NCBI GenBank assembly: GCA_002339345.1
Contig: DDKM01000103.1
Coordinates: 22,832 to 86,831 of the forward strand
Source of the DNA: Firmicutes bacterium UBA2598
GTDB taxonomy: Bacteria; Bacillota; PH28-bin88
DNA length: 64,000 bases
Direction: 5' to 3'
Shown here: piece after piece, positions 8,353 through 19,623 of the stretch
Numbering within the stretch: the first letter of the stretch is position 1
Layout of the letters: every line of letters starts with the position of its first letter
Notes under the pieces: generated by a model
Databases searched by the model: none
What the model was told of the DNA's origin: nothing
Seen by the model: the letters and a program-made list of their open reading frames with translations, nothing else
Translations under genes and position numbers: made by a program

Positions 8353-10305
8353 TTAGGACTCATCACCATACTTTTCTTTCAGGGTATTGACTACTGTGGG
8401 ATCGGCCAGAGTGGTGGTATCACCCAGCGCCCGCCCCTCGGCAATATCCCGCAGTAAACGCCGCATAATCTTACCACTGCGGGTTTTGGGCAGTTCGGCA
8501 GTGAAGAAAATGTCATCCGGCCTGGCCAGGGCACCGATCTTTTTGGCCACATGCTCCTTCAGTTCCTTGTTCAAATCCGGTGTGCCTTCAATACCTTCCT
8601 TCAGGGTTACGAAGGCGGAAACCGCCTGGCCCTTGATCTCATGGGTCTTCCCGATTACCGCGGCTTCGGCCACAGCAGGATGGTCCACCAGGGCGCTTTC
8701 CACCTCCATGGTGCCGATACGGTGACCGGAGACGTTGATGACGTCGTCCACCCGGCCCAATACCCAGAAGTACCCGTCGGTGTCCCACTTGGCACCATCA
8801 CCGGTGAAATAGACATTTTCCCACCGGCTCCAGTATTGCTGGACATAACGGTCCGGATCGCCGTAAACGGTGCGGAGCATGGCCGGCCAAGGGGATTTCA
8901 GTACCAGGTAACCACCACTGCCAAGGGGTACCGGGTTACATTTCTCATCCACCACCTGGGCATCCACACCCGGGAAGGGAATGGTGGCGGAACCGGGCTT
9001 GGTTAAGGTGATTCCGGGTAGCGGGGTAATCAAAATCATGCCCGTTTCCGTCTGCCACCAGGTATCTACAATGGGACACCGCTCACCGCCAATGTATTTG
9101 TGGTACCACATCCACGCCTCGGGATTGATGGGTTCACCCACCGTGCCCAGCAAACGCAGGGAGGACATATTCCGCCGCAGTGGCCATTCAGGACCCCACT
9201 TCATGAAGGAACGGATGGCAGTAGGTGCAGTGTAAAGAATAGTAACCTGATATTTCTCCACTATCGCCCAGAAACGGTCCCGGGCGGGCCAATCCGGTGT
9301 GCCTTCGTACATCACGGTGGTGGCGCCGTTTGCCAGGGGGCCATAAACGATATAGCTATGGCCGGTTACCCAGCCGATGTCCGCCGTACACCAGTAAATG
9401 TCGTCCTCCTTGATGTCAAAAACCATCCGGTGGGTGGTGGAGACTCCAGTCAGGTAACCGCCGGTAGTATGAACCACTCCCTTGGGCTTACCGGTGGTGC
9501 CGCTGGTGTACAGGATGTATAACATGTCCTCGGCATCCATGGGCTCGGCCGGGCAGTGCATGGGGGCTTGCGCCATCAGTTCATGCCACCAGAAGTCGCG
9601 GCCTTCCTGCATGGGGCAAATGGAGGGATCCTTTACCCGGTTCACCACCACCACCTTTTCCACACAATCGGCACCAACCAGGGCGGCATCGGTGTTTTTC
9701 TTGAGGGGAACCACTCCACCTCGCCGGAACCCGCCGTCCGCAGTGATGACCAGTTTGGCCTGGGCGTCATTGATGCGATCACGCAATGCCTCGGCGCTGA
9801 AACCGCCGAATACCACGCTGTGGGGAGCGCCGATACGGGCACAGGCCAGCATGGCAATGGGCAGTTCCGGGATCATGGGCATATACATGGTCACCCGGTC
9901 ACCCTTTTGTACCCCTAGCTCTTTCAACACATTGGCGAATTTCGTTACCTCATAATAGAGCTGCTGGTAGGTAAGGGTGCGGGAATCGCCCGGTTCACCC
10001 TCCCAAATGATGGCAGCTTTGTTTTTCCGGTTGGTTTGCAAGTGGCGGTCCACACAATTATATGATACATTCAACTTACCGCCCACAAACCATTTGGCGA
10101 AGGGCGGATCCCACTGTAGTACTTGGTCCCACGGCTTGAACCAGTGCAGGTTTTCCGCCTGGGCTGCCCAGAAGGCTTGGGGATCTTTTCTGGCCTCTTC
10201 ATAAATAACCGCATCCTTTACATTGGCCTGTGCCACAAAAGACTCCGGCGGCGAAAAGCGACGATCCTCCTGTAACAACGCTTGAATGGCGGTTTCACTA
10301 TTCAA
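8353..10305 (-). CDS. acsA: acetyl-CoA synthetase (AMP-forming)
   Basis: 650 aa. Typical Acs N-terminus ([19 protein letters not shown]), AMP-binding motifs ([11 protein letters not shown]) and C-terminal [14 protein letters not shown] start after GGAGG. Confidence 0.9.
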   Translation of the reverse strand: MNSETAIQALLQEDRRFSPPESFVAQANVKDAVIYEEARKDPQAFWAAQAENLHWFKPWDQVLQWDPPFAKWFVGGKLNVSYNCVDRHLQTNRKNKAAIIWEGEPGDSRTLTYQQLYYEVTKFANVLKELGVQKGDRVTMYMPMIPELPIAMLACARIGAPHSVVFGGFSAEALRDRINDAQAKLVITADGGFRRGGVVPLKKNTDAALVGADCVEKVVVVNRVKDPSICPMQEGRDFWWHELMAQAPMHCPAEPMDAEDMLYILYTSGTTGKPKGVVHTTGGYLTGVSTTHRMVFDIKEDDIYWCTADIGWVTGHSYIVYGPLANGATTVMYEGTPDWPARDRFWAIVEKYQVTILYTAPTAIRSFMKWGPEWPLRRNMSSLRLLGTVGEPINPEAWMWYHKYIGGERCPIVDTWWQTETGMILITPLPGITLTKPGSATIPFPGVDAQVVDEKCNPVPLGSGGYLVLKSPWPAMLRTVYGDPDRYVQQYWSRWENVYFTGDGAKWDTDGYFWVLGRVDDVINVSGHRIGTMEVESALVDHPAVAEAAVIGKTHEIKGQAVSAFVTLKEGIEGTPDLNKELKEHVAKKIGALARPDDIFFTAELPKTRSGKIMRRLLRDIAEGRALGDTTTLADPTVVNTLKEKYGDES

Positions 10306-10540
10306 GGCTTAACCTCCTCTACTTTTGGTGTGCGCAAAAGGCCTGCCTACCAAAAAAGACCTGCCTGGTGGGCGAATCCCTCCCCTCCCTAGAAGGTGAG
10401 TAGTACGCATGAGTTTTGGGAATATTTTGACATTAATTGTTATAAGAAAATTATACCTGAACCCAGGCCTTAGAAAAACCATTTTCCGGGCGAAGGGGGT
10501 TAATGAACGGCCAACGGCAGAATTTGGGCCATGAATGGCA

Positions 10541-10565
10541 GGGGGCTGTCCGTACAACAGCCCCC
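10541..10565. other. strong GC hairpin GGGGGCTGT-CCGTACA-ACAGCCCCC 58 nt downstream of ppdK, with no U-tract
   Basis: Perfect 9-bp inverted repeat. It could be a U-tract-less terminator or a 3'-end stabiliser. Confidence 0.35.
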
Positions 10566-10622
10566 TGGGTGGATACCTATTTCCTTGGCCTTTTCAGCCT
10601 TGGATCTCATGGACCGGATCAC

Positions 10623-13268
10623 TCACTGGTCCCGGACGGCTGCCTGGGCGGCGGCCAGTCGCGCGATGGGCACCCGGTATGGTGAACAACTGACAAAATC
10701 CAGTCCGATGCGGTGGCAGAATTCGATGGATGCCGGATCACCGCCATGCTCGCCACAGATGCCGATGAGCAGTTGCGGTTGTACCGACCGGCCGCGCATT
10801 ACCGCCATTTGCATCAGCTGCCCCACACCTTCCCGATCCAGTACCATAAAGGGATTTTCCGGCAGGATCTTTTGATCCAGGTAGGCCTGAATGAATTTAC
10901 CCTCCGCATCATCCCGGGAAAATCCAAGGGTGGTCTGGGTGAGGTCATTGGTGCCAAAGGAGAAGAATTCCGCCTCCCCGGCGATCTCGCCGGCAGTAAT
11001 ACAAGCCCTGGGTGTCTCAATCATGGTTCCCACCGTGTAGTGAAACTTAACCCCGGTGGCTTCCATGACCTCCTCCGCCACGCGTATCGTCTGCTCCTTT
11101 AGCAAGGCCAATTCCCGTACATGGATGACCAGCGGGATTTCCACTTCCGGCAGTACCTCATAGCCCTCCTTGACCAATTGGCTGACTGCCTGAAAAATAG
11201 CCCTGGCCTGCATGGCATAGATTTCCGGGTAGGTGATGGCCAGACGGCACCCCCGGTGTCCCAACATGGGGTTGAACTCCGATAGCGCCCGTACCTTGCG
11301 CAGCAATTCCTCCTTGTTGGACAACTCTTCTGGGTCACCGCCGGTGAGTTTCAGGGTGGTGATTTCCACCAACAAGTCCTCCGTACTGGGTAAAAACTCA
11401 TGGAGGGGCGGATCCAGCAGCCGGATACACACCGGATAACCGGCCATGACCTTCAAAATACCATAGAAATCTTGTTGCTGCATGGGCAGCAATTTGGCCA
11501 AGGCGGCCTCCCTCTCCTGTACATTGGCCGCCAGGATCATTTCCTGCACAATGGGCAGGCGATCCTGGGCCATGAACATGTGTTCAGTACGGCAAAGCCC
11601 AATACCTGCGGCACCAAACTCCCTAGCCTTGGCAGCGTCCTCGGGGGTATCGGCATTGGCCCGCACGCCCAGGCGACGGGTTTCGTCCGCCCAGGAAAGA
11701 AGCACCTTGAATTCATCGCTCAGCTGCGGCTCAATCATGGGCACTTCACCCAGTAGCACCCGGCCGGTTGCTCCATCGATGGAGATGACATCTCCAGCCC
11801 GTACGGTGATCCCATCAGCGGTAAAAGCCCCTTCATGATAGTCAATTTTAACTGCTTCACATCCACATACACAGGGTTTCCCCATGCCGCGGGCCACCAC
11901 CGCCGCATGGCTGGTCATGCCGCCCCGGCTGGTGAGGATGCCCTGGGCTGCCACCATACCGTGGATGTCATCGGGGGTGGTTTCCGTGCGGACCAACATT
12001 ACCTTTTGGCCTTCCCCAGCCAGTTTTTCCGCCATGTCGGCATCAAAAACCACTATGCCGCTGGCCGCCCCCGGCGATGCGGGCAGGCCCTGGGCAATCA
12101 CCTGAAGGTTGGCTTTGGGGTCGATGCGGCGGTGCAACAACTGATCCAGTTGGGACGGGTTCACCCGTAAAAGGGCCTCCTCCTTGGTGATCAGGCCCTC
12201 CCGCACCATTTCCACCGCAATGCGGATGGCAGCAGCTGCGGTGCGCTTACCGGTACGGGTTTGCAGGATATAGAGTTTACCCCGCTCAATGGTGAATTCG
12301 ATGTCCTGCATTTCCCGGTAGTGCTTTTCCAGCAGACCGCAAATCTCGGTAAACTGCCGGTACACCTCGGGCATCTGTTCCGCCAGGTTGCTGATGGGCT
12401 GTGGGGTGCGAATACCCGCCACCACGTCTTCACCTTGGGCATTGATCAGGTATTCGCCATAAAGAAGGTTTTCACCGGTGGAGGGATTGCGGGTAAAGGC
12501 TACCCCGGTACCACAGTCATCACCCATGTTACCAAAGACCATGGACTGGATGTTTACCGCTGTGCCCAAGTCATCGGAAATTTTGTTCAACCGGCGGTAA
12601 ATCACCGCCCGCTGGTTGCCCCAGGAATTGAATACCGCCCTGACGGCCAGCATCAGCTGGGTACGGGGATCTTCCGGAAAGGGCTGACCGGTATGGCGGA
12701 CCACCAAGTTTTTATAATGGCTCACAACCTGCCGCAGGTCACCCGCGCTGAGCTGGTTATCAAAGTTCACCCCAGCCGCCATCCGCTGGCGCTCAAGCAC
12801 CCCTTCAAATTCCAGGTGCTCCACTCCCAGCACCACATCACCGAACATCTGGATAAACCGGCGGTAACAGTCCAAGGCAAACCGCTCATCCCGGGTGGCG
12901 GCAATCAGGCCTTCCACCGTTGCATCATTTAAGCCCAGGTTTAAAATGGTATCCATCATCCCGGGCATGGAAACAGGCGCCCCGGAACGGACGGACACCA
13001 GCAACGGGTTTAGGGGATCGCCGAAGCCCTTGCCGGTCTTTTCCTCAATTTCCCGCATGGCTTGGTGGATCTGTTCCTCCAACCCGGCCGGAAACAGTTT
13101 GCCGGCCTCATTGTAAAGGTTGCACGCCTCGGTGGTGATGGTGAAACCGGGAGGTACCGGCAGGCCGGCATTGGTCATTTCCGCCAGGTTAGCCCCCTTG
13201 CCCCCCAACAGGGCCTTCATGTCCGCCTTTCCTTCGGAAAAATGATATACGTATTTCCTATCGCCCAT
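10623..13268 (-). CDS. ppdK: pyruvate, phosphate dikinase
   Basis: The real start is ATG at 13268 ([32 protein letters not shown]), preceded by GGGGGAG. The 52-aa upstream extension in the track is spurious. PEP-utilising His and [13 protein letters not shown] motifs. 881 aa. Confidence 0.9.
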   Translation of the reverse strand: MGDRKYVYHFSEGKADMKALLGGKGANLAEMTNAGLPVPPGFTITTEACNLYNEAGKLFPAGLEEQIHQAMREIEEKTGKGFGDPLNPLLVSVRSGAPVSMPGMMDTILNLGLNDATVEGLIAATRDERFALDCYRRFIQMFGDVVLGVEHLEFEGVLERQRMAAGVNFDNQLSAGDLRQVVSHYKNLVVRHTGQPFPEDPRTQLMLAVRAVFNSWGNQRAVIYRRLNKISDDLGTAVNIQSMVFGNMGDDCGTGVAFTRNPSTGENLLYGEYLINAQGEDVVAGIRTPQPISNLAEQMPEVYRQFTEICGLLEKHYREMQDIEFTIERGKLYILQTRTGKRTAAAAIRIAVEMVREGLITKEEALLRVNPSQLDQLLHRRIDPKANLQVIAQGLPASPGAASGIVVFDADMAEKLAGEGQKVMLVRTETTPDDIHGMVAAQGILTSRGGMTSHAAVVARGMGKPCVCGCEAVKIDYHEGAFTADGITVRAGDVISIDGATGRVLLGEVPMIEPQLSDEFKVLLSWADETRRLGVRANADTPEDAAKAREFGAAGIGLCRTEHMFMAQDRLPIVQEMILAANVQEREAALAKLLPMQQQDFYGILKVMAGYPVCIRLLDPPLHEFLPSTEDLLVEITTLKLTGGDPEELSNKEELLRKVRALSEFNPMLGHRGCRLAITYPEIYAMQARAIFQAVSQLVKEGYEVLPEVEIPLVIHVRELALLKEQTIRVAEEVMEATGVKFHYTVGTMIETPRACITAGEIAGEAEFFSFGTNDLTQTTLGFSRDDAEGKFIQAYLDQKILPENPFMVLDREGVGQLMQMAVMRGRSVQPQLLIGICGEHGGDPASIEFCHRIGLDFVSCSPYRVPIARLAAAQAAVRDQ

Positions 13269-14070
13269 ATCGCTCCCCCTTCTGGTAAATCTCCAGCACC
13301 TTGCTGGCTGTCTCCTCAACCGCCCGGTTGGTGACATCAATGATCGGGCAGCCGATGCGCTGCATGATACCATGGGCATAGTCCAGTTCCAGCAAGATTC
13401 GCTGTTTGCTGGCATAATCCGCACTAGCGCTCAAGCCCAGGGTCTTCAACCGTTCTTGCCTGATACTGTTTAGCTGGCCGGCATCAATGGTGAGACCGAC
13501 CACCTTGCGGACCGGTAATTTGAATAGCTCATCCGGGGGGGCCACCTCCGGCACCAGGGGCACATTGGCTACCTTAATGCGCTTGTGGGCCAGATACATG
13601 GAAACTGGCGTCTTGGACGTGCGGGAAACCCCAATCAACACTATGTCGGCATTCAAAAGCCCGCGGGGGTCCTTGCCGTCATCATATTTGACGGCAAACT
13701 CCACCGCCTCCACCTTGCGGAAATACTGCTCATCCAATTTCCGCAGCAATCCCACCTCCAGGCGGGGGTTGACACGGCTAACATGGGCAATGGCCTCCAC
13801 CATTGGCCCCAGGATGTCCACCGCCGGTACCTGACACTGCTGTGAGAGTTCCTGCATCCTTGCTTTGAACTCCGGCAGGATCAGGGTGTAAGCAATTACC
13901 GCATTACTTCCGCTGGCTTCTTCCACAACTTCCTCAAGGTGCCTGATATCACTTACATATGGTACCCGCCGGATCTCAACCTGGCCGGAGTCAAACTGGC
14001 TGGCGGCGGCCCTGGCGACAAATTCCGCAGTTTCGCCAAGGGAATCCGATACCACATACACCACCGGCAT
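13258..14070 (-). CDS. pyruvate phosphate dikinase regulatory protein (PDRP/DUF299 bifunctional kinase-pyrophosphorylase, YqfL-like)
   Basis: 270 aa. N-terminus [22 protein letters not shown] and P-loop GVSRTSKTP. It overlaps the ppdK start by 11 nt. Confidence 0.85.
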   Translation of the reverse strand: MPVVYVVSDSLGETAEFVARAAASQFDSGQVEIRRVPYVSDIRHLEEVVEEASGSNAVIAYTLILPEFKARMQELSQQCQVPAVDILGPMVEAIAHVSRVNPRLEVGLLRKLDEQYFRKVEAVEFAVKYDDGKDPRGLLNADIVLIGVSRTSKTPVSMYLAHKRIKVANVPLVPEVAPPDELFKLPVRKVVGLTIDAGQLNSIRQERLKTLGLSASADYASKQRILLELDYAHGIMQRIGCPIIDVTNRAVEETASKVLEIYQKGERYGR

Positions 14071-14111
14071 CCCATTGCTAGTGATGGAAAACCCCTCCTC
14101 TTTGAATGGTG

Positions 14112-14765
14112 TTATCTGCCCTCTCCAAGTTCCATAAACAACCGGGTGATGGTGGTCTTGGTAATCCGCCCAATCACCTGCAGGGACTCCCTCCCCTTTC
14201 CGCCGGGGTCTGGCAGGGGCCGCACAACCGGTAAGGAGTTTACTTCCTGCTCAATCATCCTCCTGGCAGCGGCATAAACCGTTTCCTCCGGCAGAACGGT
14301 GACCACATTAGGCATCCGGGTCATCAGCACCGCCACCGGCACCTGCCTTAGTTCCGTTTGCCCCAGGCTGGCCTTGAGCATGTCCTTGCGGGAGATCACC
14401 CCCTCCAGGATACTGCCATCGCTGACCACTGCCAGGGTGCCCACGTTTTCAGTAAACATGGTGACGATGGCATCGTACGCTGAAGTGGTTTCCCTGACCA
14501 CAACCGGAATGGACTTGCAGTCCTGTACCAGCAAACGCCGGATTTCCTCCGCCGCTACGGTACGCGGTGAGCGGCCGCTGTAAAAATAGCCCACCCGGGG
14601 CCTGGCCTCCAGGATACCGGACATGGTTAAAATGGTCAGGTCAGGCCGCAGGGTGGCCCTGCTCACAGCCAGTTCACTGGCGATCTGCTCACCGGTTACC
14701 GGTCCGCGCCCCTTTACAATGTCCACGATCCTCTCCTGTCTGGGCGAAAGCTGAATATGGTTCAC
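14112..14765 (-). CDS. ccpN: CcpN-like transcriptional repressor (HTH + tandem CBS domains)
   Basis: 217 aa. [53 protein letters not shown] matches B. subtilis CcpN. Gene order ccpN-yqfL(PDRP) is as in Bacillus. Confidence 0.8.
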   Translation of the reverse strand: MNHIQLSPRQERIVDIVKGRGPVTGEQIASELAVSRATLRPDLTILTMSGILEARPRVGYFYSGRSPRTVAAEEIRRLLVQDCKSIPVVVRETTSAYDAIVTMFTENVGTLAVVSDGSILEGVISRKDMLKASLGQTELRQVPVAVLMTRMPNVVTVLPEETVYAAARRMIEQEVNSLPVVRPLPDPGGKGRESLQVIGRITKTTITRLFMELGEGR

Positions 14766-14788
14766 CGCCTTCCTGACCGGTATTGTGT

Positions 14789-14819
14789 TATACTATATGC
14801 TCAATTATATATACTATAT
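14789..14819 (-). promoter_or_regulatory. AT-rich promoter region of ccpN with two direct repeats TATACTATAT (14789..14798 and 14810..14819), candidate operator
   Basis: Identical 10-mers two helical turns apart, immediately upstream of the ccpN start. A near-palindrome CCACAAAG-N10-CTTGTGG follows at 14821..14845. Confidence 0.4.
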
Positions 14820-14883
14820 CCCCACAAAGAATCCTGCCACTTGTGGACGGTGGTAATGCCGGATAAATATCCAACTGAGGAAA

Positions 14884-14912
14884 AAGCCCGGCCATACCGG
14901 GCTTTTTCCTGC
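14884..14912 (-). terminator. rho-independent terminator of glyS (bidirectional: A5-GCCCGG-CCATA-CCGGGC-T5)
   Basis: AAAAAGCCCGGCCATACCGGGCTTTTT, 8 nt after the glyS stop. Confidence 0.9.
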
Positions 14913-14919
14913 ATGGTAA

Positions 14920-16998
14920 CTAAGGTACGATACGTGATAAATCGGCAATACTGCCCATGTAATCGGCGATGGACTTTAACAGCGCCAGGCGGTTTTGCCT
15001 GATGCGGTGATCATCCGTCATCACCATCACCCCACCGAAAAAGCCGTCGATGGCCTCCTTGATGGACGCCAGGGCCTCCAGTGCGCCATAGTAATCATCA
15101 CTGGCCAGGTGCTTCCCGGCGCGGGCCTGGGCCAAAGTAAAGGCCTGGAACAGATCGTGTTCCACCCCATCGGTGAAAACCGCCGGATCCACCAGACCGG
15201 GGGAAACCTGTTTGGCCAGGTTGTAGACCCGGTTAAAGGCCACCAGCAGGGCGTCAAAACCCTGGCTTTGCCTGAACCTGGCCAGCGCCTCCGCCCGCCT
15301 GAGGGCGTTGGTGGGGTTATCCGCCCCGGCAGCCAGGACGGCCTTTGCCACATCATAGCCAATTCCCCGGTCCTCCAGGATATTTTCCATCCGCTGTTGG
15401 AAAAAGGCACTGACCTCCCGGACCACCGTGTCCTCCGGCAGCTGCAGGGTGACCTGTTCGGCATAGCCCTGGTAAGCAGCCGTCACCAGCTCCCGCAGGG
15501 ATAGGCTGAACCCGCCCTGCAGCAAGATATGGCAGATGCCTAGGGCTTGGCGCCGGAGGGCATAGGGATCCTGTGACCCGGTGGGCTGAATGCCAATGGC
15601 AAAACACCCCACAATATTGTCCATCTTATCCGCCAGGGCCACCAAGGTACCTGCCGGGCTGGTGGGAAGGACATCCCCGGCAAACCGGGGCTGGTAGTGT
15701 TCCCGAATACCCTCACAAACACCCGGCTTTTCCCCGCTATGGGCGGCGTAATAAGCACCCATGATACCTTGTAATTCAGGAAACTCATAGACCATGTTGG
15801 TGACCAGGTCTGCTTTGGCCAGCCACCCACAGCGGCGGGCATCGGCGACGGCTTCCGCCGGATATCCCAGCAATTCCCCCAGGTAACCCGTCAGCCGCTG
15901 GATGCGCTGGGTCTTTTGGTAAAGGGTGCCCAGGCTTTCCTGAAACACAATGGCCTGCAGTTTTTCCACCCGGTCCGCCAGGGGTGTTTTCAGGTCCTCC
16001 TGGTAGAAGAAGGCAGCATCGGCCAGACGGGCTCGCAGCACCTTTTCATTGCCCGCCCGCACCACATCAAGCCCGTCTCGGGTACCGTTACGGATGGTGA
16101 TAAATATAGGCAGCAGCCGTCCCCCTTCATCCAGCACCGGGAAGTAACGCTGGTGCTCCTTCATGGGGGTGATGAGCACCTCCTGGGGCAGATGAAGGTA
16201 GGACTGGGCAAAACTGCCGCACAGGGCGGTGGGATACTCCAGCAGGTGTGTCAGTTCATCCAGCAGTTCCGGATCCTCCTCCACCCGTCCGCCCTCAGAC
16301 TGTGCCAATTGATTAATCTGCTCCCAGATCATCGCCTTGCGGCGGTTCTGGTCGGCAATGACATAATTGGCTTCCAGGGCTGACAGGTATTCCGCCGGCT
16401 GCCGGATTTCCACCCCTTGACTGCCCAGGAAGCGGTGGCCGCGGGAAAGACGCCCGCTGTGGACACCGGCAATCTCCAAAGGTATGACCGTTTCCCCCAG
16501 CAGGGCCACCAGCCAGCGGATGGGACGGGCAAAGCGTTTGTCATAATAAGCCCATCGCATGGGTTTGGGGAAGGAAAGACTGTCCACCAGATCGGATAGC
16601 AGGCCGGGCAGCACCTCCGCCGCCGGGCCGCCCCTTTCCTGCCGGACGGCAAATACATAGGCACCCTGGGGCGTTTCCCTGACTACCAGTGTCTCCACAT
16701 CAACCCCCTGGGAGCGGGCAAAGCCCTCCGCCGCCTTGGTTGGTTTGCCACCAGCATCAAAGGCCACCTTTACCGCCGGGCCCTTCACCTCCTGGCTGAG
16801 GTCCGCCTGCAACTCCGCCAGCCCTGTCACCAAAAGGGCCAGCCGCCGCGGGGTGCCGTAGGTCTTTAATCCATCGTAGGATAGCCTGTGCTGGGCCAGT
16901 GCCACTGACGCGTTTTGTTCAAGCTGCTGCAACACCGGTGTCATAAATCGGGCGGGTATTTCCTCGGTGCCTATTTCCAATAACAGGTCCTTAGCCAT
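14920..16998 (-). CDS. glyS: glycine--tRNA ligase beta subunit
   Basis: 692 aa. MAKDLLLEIGTEEIPARF is the canonical GlyS N-terminus. Confidence 0.95.
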   Translation of the reverse strand: MAKDLLLEIGTEEIPARFMTPVLQQLEQNASVALAQHRLSYDGLKTYGTPRRLALLVTGLAELQADLSQEVKGPAVKVAFDAGGKPTKAAEGFARSQGVDVETLVVRETPQGAYVFAVRQERGGPAAEVLPGLLSDLVDSLSFPKPMRWAYYDKRFARPIRWLVALLGETVIPLEIAGVHSGRLSRGHRFLGSQGVEIRQPAEYLSALEANYVIADQNRRKAMIWEQINQLAQSEGGRVEEDPELLDELTHLLEYPTALCGSFAQSYLHLPQEVLITPMKEHQRYFPVLDEGGRLLPIFITIRNGTRDGLDVVRAGNEKVLRARLADAAFFYQEDLKTPLADRVEKLQAIVFQESLGTLYQKTQRIQRLTGYLGELLGYPAEAVADARRCGWLAKADLVTNMVYEFPELQGIMGAYYAAHSGEKPGVCEGIREHYQPRFAGDVLPTSPAGTLVALADKMDNIVGCFAIGIQPTGSQDPYALRRQALGICHILLQGGFSLSLRELVTAAYQGYAEQVTLQLPEDTVVREVSAFFQQRMENILEDRGIGYDVAKAVLAAGADNPTNALRRAEALARFRQSQGFDALLVAFNRVYNLAKQVSPGLVDPAVFTDGVEHDLFQAFTLAQARAGKHLASDDYYGALEALASIKEAIDGFFGGVMVMTDDHRIRQNRLALLKSIADYMGSIADLSRIVP

Positions 16999-17940
16999 TT
17001 ACCTGTCCTCCTCTTCCAGCACGGTGCCCTTAGCTTCCAGTTGATCCAATCCCAGCCTGGTGCGCAGGGCGGGATCCTTGATGAGAGGGTAGCCCAACCG
17101 CTCCCGCTGGCTGATGTAACCCTGGGCACACAGTCTCGCCAGCTGGCGTACCCGGGTAATGAACCCCGTTCTTTCCGTCACACTGATGGCACCCCGGGCA
17201 TCCAGCAGGTTAAAGGTGTGGGAACACTTGAGGCAATAGTCATAGGCCGGCTGGACCAGGCCCAATTCAATCACCCGTTTGCATTCCCTTTCGTACATTT
17301 CAAAAAGATTAAACAACATGGTGGTGTCCGCCACCTCGAAGTTGTAGGTGGAGTAATCCACCTCCCCCTGGTGATGGACATCACCGTAGGTGATGCCGTC
17401 AACCCAAACAATATCGAACACACTGTCCTTCTGCTGGATGAACATGGCCAACCGTTCAATGCCATATGTTATTTCCGCACAGACGGGGTGACAGTCCAGC
17501 CCACCGCACTGCTGGAAGTAGGTAAACTGGGTCACCTCCATGCCGTCCAGCCATACCTCCCAGCCCAGACCCCAAGCCCCCAAAGTGGGCGATTCCCAGT
17601 TATCCTCCACAAACCGGATGTCGTGCTGCAGGGGATCAATGCCGATGTGCCGCAGGCTGTCCAGGTACATTTCCTGCACATTGTCCGGCGATGGTTTCAG
17701 GATGACCTGGTACTGGTAATAATGCTGCAGGCGGTTAGGGTTCTCGCCGTACCGCCCGTCGGTAGGACGGCGGGAGGGCTCTACATAGGCCACATTCCAC
17801 GGCTCCGGGCCAAGGGCCCGCAGGAAGGTGGCCGGGTGCATGGTACCAGCCCCTTTTTCCATGTCATAGGGCTGCTGGATGATGCAGCCCCGTTCTCCCC
17901 AAAACTGGTTCAGGGCTAGAATCAACTCCTGAAAATTCAT
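16999..17940 (-). CDS. glyQ: glycine--tRNA ligase alpha subunit
   Basis: 313 aa. [26 protein letters not shown]. Its stop abuts the glyS start. Confidence 0.95.
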   Translation of the reverse strand: MNFQELILALNQFWGERGCIIQQPYDMEKGAGTMHPATFLRALGPEPWNVAYVEPSRRPTDGRYGENPNRLQHYYQYQVILKPSPDNVQEMYLDSLRHIGIDPLQHDIRFVEDNWESPTLGAWGLGWEVWLDGMEVTQFTYFQQCGGLDCHPVCAEITYGIERLAMFIQQKDSVFDIVWVDGITYGDVHHQGEVDYSTYNFEVADTTMLFNLFEMYERECKRVIELGLVQPAYDYCLKCSHTFNLLDARGAISVTERTGFITRVRQLARLCAQGYISQRERLGYPLIKDPALRTRLGLDQLEAKGTVLEEEDR

Positions 17941-17949
17941 TGGTAAACC

Positions 17950-18200
17950 TCCTTTGTGCTAAAAATAAAACCTCCCACTCCTGGCACAGCGCCAGGGACG
18001 AGAGGTTTTCCCGCGGTTCCACCCTGTTTAGCCGGTTTCACCCGGCCCCCTTGTTCAAAGCAGGTTTTACTCACCGGTTACCCGGTTTTCCTCCTGCGGC
18101 TCCGGGACGCCGGGCAATGGTGGTAGTTGACCGGATTTCACCCGCCCCGGCTCTCTATACAACCCCTTCCATGCCCCTTCCCTTCACGGCCCGTATTTTT
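17950..18200 (-). promoter_or_regulatory. T-box riboswitch leader of glyQS (Gly-specific, GGC in the specifier region), with terminator/antiterminator
   Basis: Minus-strand read contains the S-turn AGAGA, the specifier region CCCGGCGTC, the T-box AACAGGGTGGAACCGCGGG, and the terminator CCTCTCGTCCCTGGC...GCCAGGAGTGGGAGG + TTTTATTTTT just before the RBS AAAGGAGG. Confidence 0.85.
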
Positions 18201-18205
18201 TCTCC

Positions 18206-18234
18206 AATGTAGCAAACGGCGCAAAATTTGTCAA
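18206..18234 (-). promoter_or_regulatory. sigma-A promoter of the glyQS T-box leader (TTGACA-17-TACATT)
   Basis: The -35 TTGACA overlaps the stop of the upstream gene. 17-nt spacer, -10 TACATT. Confidence 0.6.
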
Positions 18235-18653
18235 TGCCCCTGCTGGAGGGGATGATTTTCCACCTCTCCGCTGGCCTTTTCCAGTTCCAAAGAGTACCTG
18301 TTCAGCATGGCCGCCACTGTACCCACCCCGGTCAGGATCGCCAGCTCGGTGCTGGCCAGTACTCCCAACAATCCCAATGCCCCTACGGTGGCCGGGAATT
18401 CATAAACAGTTTCCCCGTCCCGCTTCAGGCGCACCTTAGTCACATTGCCTTTTTGGAAAAGCCCTTTTAACTGGGTCATAATCTGGTGGCCCTTGGTCTG
18501 CAATGTCTCCTCCCAGGGACGCCCCTGGTTTTCCAGCCTGACCAGGGCCTCCACCACATCACCGCCCGTTGCCTCCAGGGCCTCCTTGGCCTCCCGGATG
18601 GATACATCCAACCTCTCCCGGATCAGGTCGATTTTCTCCAGGGTAATGCTCAC
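18231..18653 (-). CDS. UBA/EF-Ts-N-like + DUF4342-like small protein
   Basis: 140 aa. N-terminus EKIDLIRERLDVSIREAKEALEATGGDVVEALVRL is a UBA/TS-N fold, and the C-terminal half is hydrophobic. Sits between recO and glyQ. Confidence 0.5.
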   Translation of the reverse strand: MSITLEKIDLIRERLDVSIREAKEALEATGGDVVEALVRLENQGRPWEETLQTKGHQIMTQLKGLFQKGNVTKVRLKRDGETVYEFPATVGALGLLGVLASTELAILTGVGTVAAMLNRYSLELEKASGEVENHPLQQGH

Positions 18654-18805
18654 TTTTGCCCCACCTCCCTGTATGTGTGCTGGGTGTGAATAACAATCTT
18701 TGGATACAGTGTTCCCCTATTATCCATTCCTTATGTAATAAGCCGGTAATTGAAGGACTTGATGCATGGAAAGAGGGGCCTGCTCCCGGAGGCACCGGTA
18801 ATTGT

Positions 18806-19570
18806 TCACCGGTCCCGGGGCAGGCTCCCGATTTCGTTGAGGAAGTCACGGCTTCGCAACCTTTTTTCTAACCTGTAGGTGATGAAGTTTTGCATCAGCG
18901 TCCCCAGCTCCACCAGGGTTTCCGGTGGCAGATGCAGTCGTGGTAGGGCCTTGGGGTCCGCCTGTAACAAAAAACCCATCACCTGTACGGTGGCCGTGCC
19001 GCTCATCCTCGCCCCGGGGTCCGCACCAGCACAGCCGGGGCACAACACCCCACCGGCAGCCGCGCTAAAGGGCACCTTCCCCCCTACCCGGGCCAATTCA
19101 CCGCCGCACACGGCACAGGCGTGTAAAATCGGGCGGTAGCCAAGGATATGCATCAACTGCAGGTCGAAGTAGCGGCAGGCCATGGCACCCCCGACCACTG
19201 GCAGCAGGTGCATGATGGCCCCCAACAGCCGGAAAACCCTACGGTTGGGTTCCCGCTCCGGTACCATCCCTTCCACCAATTCCGCCAGGTAAGTGGCATG
19301 GGCCAGGTGGTCCAGATCCTGGTGCACGGCATGAAACGCCTCCAACAGTTGTCCTTGGGTGACGGTATCCATAGTCCGGCCCTTATATAGCTGCAAATCG
19401 GACAGGGTTAGGGGCTGGACCGCCCCCCGCAGACGACTGGTGGGCCGCCGTACCCCTTTGACGATAGCAGTGAATTTACCCTGATCCCGGCCATAAAGGG
19501 TCAGGATTTTATCCGCTTCACCGTAATCCCGGGAACGTAAAATAAAGGCCTCCGCCCGGTAATAACCCAA
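18806..19570 (-). CDS. recO: DNA repair protein RecO
   Basis: 254 aa. N-terminal OB-fold and C-terminal zinc motif CAVCGG...CPGC. Confidence 0.85.
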   Translation of the reverse strand: MGYYRAEAFILRSRDYGEADKILTLYGRDQGKFTAIVKGVRRPTSRLRGAVQPLTLSDLQLYKGRTMDTVTQGQLLEAFHAVHQDLDHLAHATYLAELVEGMVPEREPNRRVFRLLGAIMHLLPVVGGAMACRYFDLQLMHILGYRPILHACAVCGGELARVGGKVPFSAAAGGVLCPGCAGADPGARMSGTATVQVMGFLLQADPKALPRLHLPPETLVELGTLMQNFITYRLEKRLRSRDFLNEIGSLPRDR

Positions 19571-19623
19571 TCTTCCATACCCCCCCGGCCGAACCCAGCC
19601 ACCATGGAACTAACCACCGGTGA

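Noticed and set aside
18775-18835. Imperfect inverted repeat overlapping the 3' end of recO (CCTGCTCCCGG...ACCGGT...ACCGGT...CCGGGGCAGG)
   Set aside because: No U-tract. It overlaps coding sequence and is at best a weak structure.
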